From positions 960,001 through 1,024,000 of the forward strand of contig CAXXLZ010000001.1 of the NCBI GenBank assembly GCA_963675595.2: 64,000 bases of DNA, written 5' to 3'. The notes under the pieces were generated by a model that was given only the letters and a program-made list of their open reading frames with translations, made no database searches and had not been told where the DNA came from. This DNA comes from Thermodesulfobacteriota bacterium (lineage in GTDB: Bacteria > Desulfobacterota > Desulfarculia > JACQYL01). The translations under genes and the position numbers were made by a program. Below are positions 59,644 through 64,000 of this stretch, in pieces. Each line of letters begins with the position of its first letter. The first letter of the stretch is position 1.

Positions 59644-61198
59644 TTAAGGGGTAGCGCTGAATACAGATCCAACAGGCCGGTTTATCTCGTTGATATTATA
59701 TCCCGGTTGTAGGTCGCTTATATTTATAGTTAATTGGCCATTACTGTTATCAACAAAAGAAAGGCCTACACTGGCGCCTTGAGATCCAAAATCGTCGGAA
59801 CAGTCTATTCCATCAGAATAATCCGAGTCAAGCCATGCCCAATACTTGTTGCCATCGAAGGTCCATATCATAACACATGACAATGCTTCATAGCTCTGCA
59901 GGTAGAATTTGAAAGGACTTCCAGTTATCTCCCAAATTCCGCCAAATCCTACTAATTGAGCAGGAAACTTCAGGTTAATAACTTTCTCACCGACATTTGA
60001 CCAGTTTGTTTGTATCACGGTATCAGTAGATGTACTCTGCATGAACTCAAGATAATACCCATGGGATTCGATATCATCTGATGCTTGAAAACCATCCGAG
60101 ATGTCGGGATCAAGAAATGCGGCATAATCTTTTCCGTCCATAGTTATTACTATGATTGCGCTTCCAGTCTCATATATCTGGAGGTATGCACTTACCAAAT
60201 TATCGTCACTCTTCCATATGCCCTGCTCAGGTATAACCGTTGGAGCAATTTCAGACAGAGTCTCCACCTTCAACGCCAGATCCACATTATCTTGACAAGG
60301 AGAGAGAGGAATATGGAAGTATGACCTTGTTCCACTCATGGTAGTATGATCAGAACAGGTATTTCCATTTCCAATTATAATATCGTTACCCTTTGCTGTT
60401 ATAATCCTCTCCTGCAACAGCTTGGCAAACCTAGAAAAGGATGTGGGGTCATTTTCAACCCAACCATAACCTTCGATATAGAATTCCGTCCAGGTATGGA
60501 AAGGAACATCCGGCCAATACCATTCCCCGCTCTGAAATGTGGAAAAGTTTGGTGCTTGTATACCGGAAATATTTCTGGCAGGTACGCCTGCCGCACGACA
60601 GAGGGCTACAAAAAGGTTAGCTTTGCCTGCGCAATCTCCCCACCCTTCCTGCAAAGTTGAAAGAGCATCAAACTCGAATAATGGACCTTCGGGTGGATTA
60701 GATATATTCTTTGCCACCCACTCATGGATCAGCTTAGCCTTATTGTAGGGATTGGTTTCATTCCCAACAATTGTGACAGACTGGGAAATGATATCTGGGT
60801 TCGATGATTGAGCCCACGCGGTTGCTTTGGTATTTTCAGTATACAGGCTGGATGTAGTATCATATGGTTGAGGTATAAATGACTCGGCTATCGATGAATC
60901 ATCATATTTCGTTATATTAATATCAAATTGTACCAAGAAAGTCTGAGTTTTTCGTAAAGAATTGCTCCAGTAAACAATTTTGTTACGTTCATCCTAGAAG
61001 TATATTTGTCCGCTACTGGGAGATATATCGACATTCGTAACTTGATTCTGGACGTTTCCGTCCCATAGTTGTGGAACCGGCATCCACACTTTTGAGGCAT
61101 TACTAGTGAAAGTATAGGTGACTCTATAAGTCCCAGCGAAGCAGTCCATGGAAAGTGATGTGAAGATTACCATTACCAGAAGCACGATTCTATTCATT
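59644..61198 (-). pseudogene. Secreted transglutaminase-like protein with one in-frame TAG (60994-60996); low GC
   Basis: ORFs 60994..61230 and 59644..60936 are in the same frame, separated only by TAG. Signal peptide MNRIVLLV..., triad GDCAGK, FHTWTEF and WVENDPT. Confidence 0.8.
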
Positions 61199-62629
61199 AT
61201 CTTGCCTTTCTGAGTCGTAATAGCAGCCATAGAATCTTTTCCTTATCCAGGCCCGAATCCCGACCGCTTTCGGTTTCCAGGTCAACAACGGTGGGGCCTT
61301 CCAAACTGCCAAGCCCTAACTCACTTGTTTGCATGCCTCATAGGCTGCCCTGACCCTGTAAGTCTTGAACTCCTGTCCGGAAGTACCGCCTAATCAGCTT
61401 TCACCCCCCCCTACAAGCTCCGCCCGACTCCCCCGTAACCCCGAGATAATCTCCAGTCGCGCGGGGATGCGTTGCGTGAAGTACAGGGACACAATACATA
61501 TTTATTGCATCGGGAAGTTTGTTTGCCTAGAGTTTAGAGCCATGCGGGGCAGCCAAGTTTGTATAGAAGAGCATAGTTCTCCAAGACGGGTTGAATACCG
61601 TTGACGTAAGGCTTTGAGATGATTGACTGAACACGGATATCAGGCAGCGCGCCCCAAGTCTTCCGGAGAATCGGTGAATTCCGGTTGGAATTTTTTGGAT
61701 TTCCGGTTCCACATGGCTCGCACGTTTAAGTTGCCGAAAAGACGACCGATGGCTGCGGCCATCCAGCCGGCGGTGGCGGGCCTGTTCTTTCTCCAAGGGA
61801 TTGGAAACATCGTATAGGCCGCGTTGGGACCCAGGCAGAGCGCCAAGAGCCGTGGCAAGCCGTAGGCCAGGCACAAGATCATGCTCCATCGAGCCAATGT
61901 CTGCCGTGTCTGCTGCCAAGCATTTTTCAGTCCGAACAGGTGCTTGATCTCGTTGAACATGGGCTCGGTCCACCATCGTCGTGCATAGCGTGTAATCACT
62001 TCCGCGCCGTCCATGTCGGGATCGGTACTGATCAGAAGATGCCAATCGGACCAAGAGGGGTTGTCGGACATAAACCGGCACCACACGATCTTGCACAACC
62101 GGCCGTCCAGGAAGCGGACTTTGGCTTTGGTTTGGTAGAACTGGAAAACTCGTTCCGAGCCGTAGGCAAAGAGGGTTTTCTCCACCGGACGACAGAATCG
62201 TCCGATGTTTTCCAACGTGAGTTTTTCCCCATACTTTCTGGGTCTGCCCCGTTTCTTCCGAGGCGGATTGTCCGGAGGCAAAAACAGGGCGGTATCTTTG
62301 CGGACTTGGCCGATGACCGTCACACCATCGCGAATCAGGGGAACCACCAGGGAGCTTTTCATATACCAGGCATCGAGCAGCAGAATAATGAGAAAGCGAT
62401 CCGGCAGCCAAGTCATGAGAACGGACATCAAGAGCCGCGCCGCGTCCAGTTTGGTGGTGTTCCCTTTTTTGCGGATGAGCCGAAACAAGAGGGGAAACGC
62501 GGCTACCCGGCCCTTGTGGCGGCAGATGACAGCCAGAGAAACCCGAAGCTGTCCCTGGAATGCCCCCCGATAATTGGTCCATGTATAATGAGAGTCTGAA
62601 TGCCCAAAGAACGGAAGGAGACTTTTTGC

Positions 62630-62911
62630 ATGGCCAAGAGAAAGAGACACAGCGCGGAGCAAATCATCCGGAAACTTGAAGACGCGGACCGTCGTCTGAC
62701 GGCAGGGCAGACGATAGCGCAGGTTTGCCAATCGCTGGAGGTGAGCGAGGCGACGTACCACCGGTGGCGAAACCAGTATGGGGGGATGAAGGCTGAGGAG
62801 GCCAAACGGCTAAAAGAACTGGAAAAGGAAAATGCACGCTTAAAAAAGCTGGTCGCCGATCTGATGTTGGACAAGGCAATGCTGAAGGATCTTGCGGAGG
62901 GAAACTTCTAA
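62630..62911 (+). CDS. IS3 transposase OrfA
   Basis: MAKRKRHSAEQII...YHRWRNQYGGM...RLKELEKENARLKKLVAD; slippery GGGAAAC at its end. Confidence 0.92.
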   Translation: MAKRKRHSAEQIIRKLEDADRRLTAGQTIAQVCQSLEVSEATYHRWRNQYGGMKAEEAKRLKELEKENARLKKLVADLMLDKAMLKDLAEGNF

Positions 62912-63810
62912 GCCCGGCGCGTCGTAGGAAAGCGGTTGATTATGTTCGAAGTGAACATGCCGCTTCAGAGCGTCGGGCCTGCCGCGTAGCCGGTCAACAC
63001 CGATCCACCCAACGTTATGAGCCGAAGGAACGGGACGATGAGGTGGAACTGATCAAGGCTCTTCACCGGTTGGTTGGAGAACATCCCCGTTTTGGATGCC
63101 GTAGGATCACTCGGCTGCTGCGTGATGCGGGGTGGGCGGTAAACTACAAGCGAATTCATAGACTTTGGAAAGAGGAAGGATTCAAGGTACCTCGAAAAGC
63201 CAAGAAGAAACGCTTCCTGGGAGTTGATGCCAATGCGTGCAACAAGCGTAAGGCGGCTTTTGCAAATGATGTCTGGACGTTGGATTTCATTCATGACCGC
63301 TTGGTCGACGGCCGTCAGTTCAAGTGCTTGGCCATTGTCGACGAGTTTACTCGGGAAAACCTGGCCCTGAGGATCAACCGCTCCATTACGGGTGAAGACG
63401 TTTTGAACGAGCTGAGCCGATTGATGGGCGAGCGGGGAGTTCCAACGGGCATTCGATCGGATAACGGTCCCGAATTTATAGCCCAAAAGGTGAGAAATTG
63501 GCTGAAAGACCTGGGAGTGGGAACCTTTTTCGTCGAGCCGGGAGCCCCTTGGCAGAACGGGTACGTGGAAAGTTTCAACAGCCGTTTTCGGGATGAATTC
63601 TTGAACATGGAAATTTTCAACAACATCAAGGAAGCGCAGACTCTGGCCGCCAAATGGCGGAAAGTCTATAACGAGGAAAGACCGCACAGTGCATTGAATT
63701 ACATGACCCCGGCCCAGTTCGCGGCGAGCCCTTGGGGCCACGGCGAAGCCGAGCTGAGCGAGGCGGAGTCGAGGCCCCAAGGGCCGGGGATGGAAAACCG
63801 CGAGTCATGA
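62908..63810 (+). CDS. IS3 transposase OrfB (DDE), expressed by -1 frameshift
   Basis: WTLDF, IVDEFTRE, SDNGPEF and WQNGYVESFN; start coordinate approximate. Confidence 0.92.
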   Translation, partial: LSPARRRKAVDYVRSEHAASERRACRVAGQHRSTQRYEPKERDDEVELIKALHRLVGEHPRFGCRRITRLLRDAGWAVNYKRIHRLWKEEGFKVPRKAKKKRFLGVDANACNKRKAAFANDVWTLDFIHDRLVDGRQFKCLAIVDEFTRENLALRINRSITGEDVLNELSRLMGERGVPTGIRSDNGPEFIAQKVRNWLKDLGVGTFFVEPGAPWQNGYVESFNSRFRDEFLNMEIFNNIKEAQTLAAKWRKVYNEERPHSALNYMTPAQFAASPWGHGEAELSEAESRPQGPGMENRES

Positions 63811-64000
63811 TAAAACTCTCATAACTCCTGGACCAAAAACTGGGGGCTTGACATCCCCACAGGAATTTGGGGCGGTTGGGCCGGTGCGCGTGATCGTAAT
63901 GCCAACCGGCGCAGGGAGCTTTCTTGGACGATCTGGGCAAAGGGAAGTCGTCTATGGCGAACTCGATGGATCGGTTTGGAATCCGTTTCAGGATCAGGCG

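Larger units (their letters stand above)
62556..63853 (+). mobile_element. IS3-family element (IS407 group)
   Basis: TG...CA ends with imperfect IRs (TGGAATGCCCCCCGATAATTGGTCCA / TGGACCAAAAACTGGGGGCTTGACA) and a 4-bp TSD TCCC. Confidence 0.93.
61527..64000 (-). mobile_element. IS701-like DDE element interrupted by IS3 (left part extends beyond the window)
   Basis: The transposase reads ...IDDFPLPRSSKKAP...KFLWG (64000-63854), then QLRVSLA...LDAWY...YARRWWTEPMFNEIK to 61640. Probable end at CTAG 61527 (..CTAAACTCTAG on the minus strand). Confidence 0.8.

Noticed and set aside
61247-61360. Possible IS end remnants upstream of the transglutaminase-like gene
   Set aside because: Only short resemblances, with no partner IR or TSD identifiable.
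62556-62761. N-terminus of track ORF 61640..62761 as a real protein start
   Set aside because: It is antisense IS3 sequence; the true N-terminal part of that transposase lies beyond 63853.
1-64000. Reverse transcriptase systems (retron, DGR, group II intron), cas1/cas2, rRNA or prophage structural genes
   Set aside because: No corresponding motifs seen in any frame examined.

Overview
GC-rich chromosome segment, probably from a Desulfobacterota/deltaproteobacterial anaerobe (inferred from gene content). 1-10 kb: minus-strand type III-A CRISPR-Cas module (cas6, NE0113-family CARF-wHTH, cas10, csm2-5, an APE2256-family CARF fusion, and a TIGR02710-family CARF gene cut by the window edge). No array or cas1/cas2 is visible in the window. 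The module sits next to an internally deleted tyrosine integrase at the 3' end of tRNA-Sec, which suggests a fixed island. 11.6-40 kb: core and metabolic genes (PFK, MoxR/VWA, ABC-F, acyl-CoA dehydrogenases and thiolase, ECF sigma module, kinases, RdgB, NfnAB, 2-hydroxyacyl-CoA dehydratase pair). 40-64 kb: accessory region with a signalling cluster, an RPH-like phosphotransferase, a ~450-bp-period array of stacked REP-like hairpins hit by an IS186-like element, two interrupted secreted-protein genes and an IS3 nested in an IS701-like element. Best candidate for an undescribed system: an identical palindrome, CGGCAACGTTGCCG, sits 3 nt upstream of the predicted -35 box of both the cas6 and cas10 promoters, and these flank a CARF-wHTH gene. 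This suggests a cyclic-oligoadenylate-responsive transcriptional circuit for a bacterial type III system. All family calls come from motif recognition; no searches were run.
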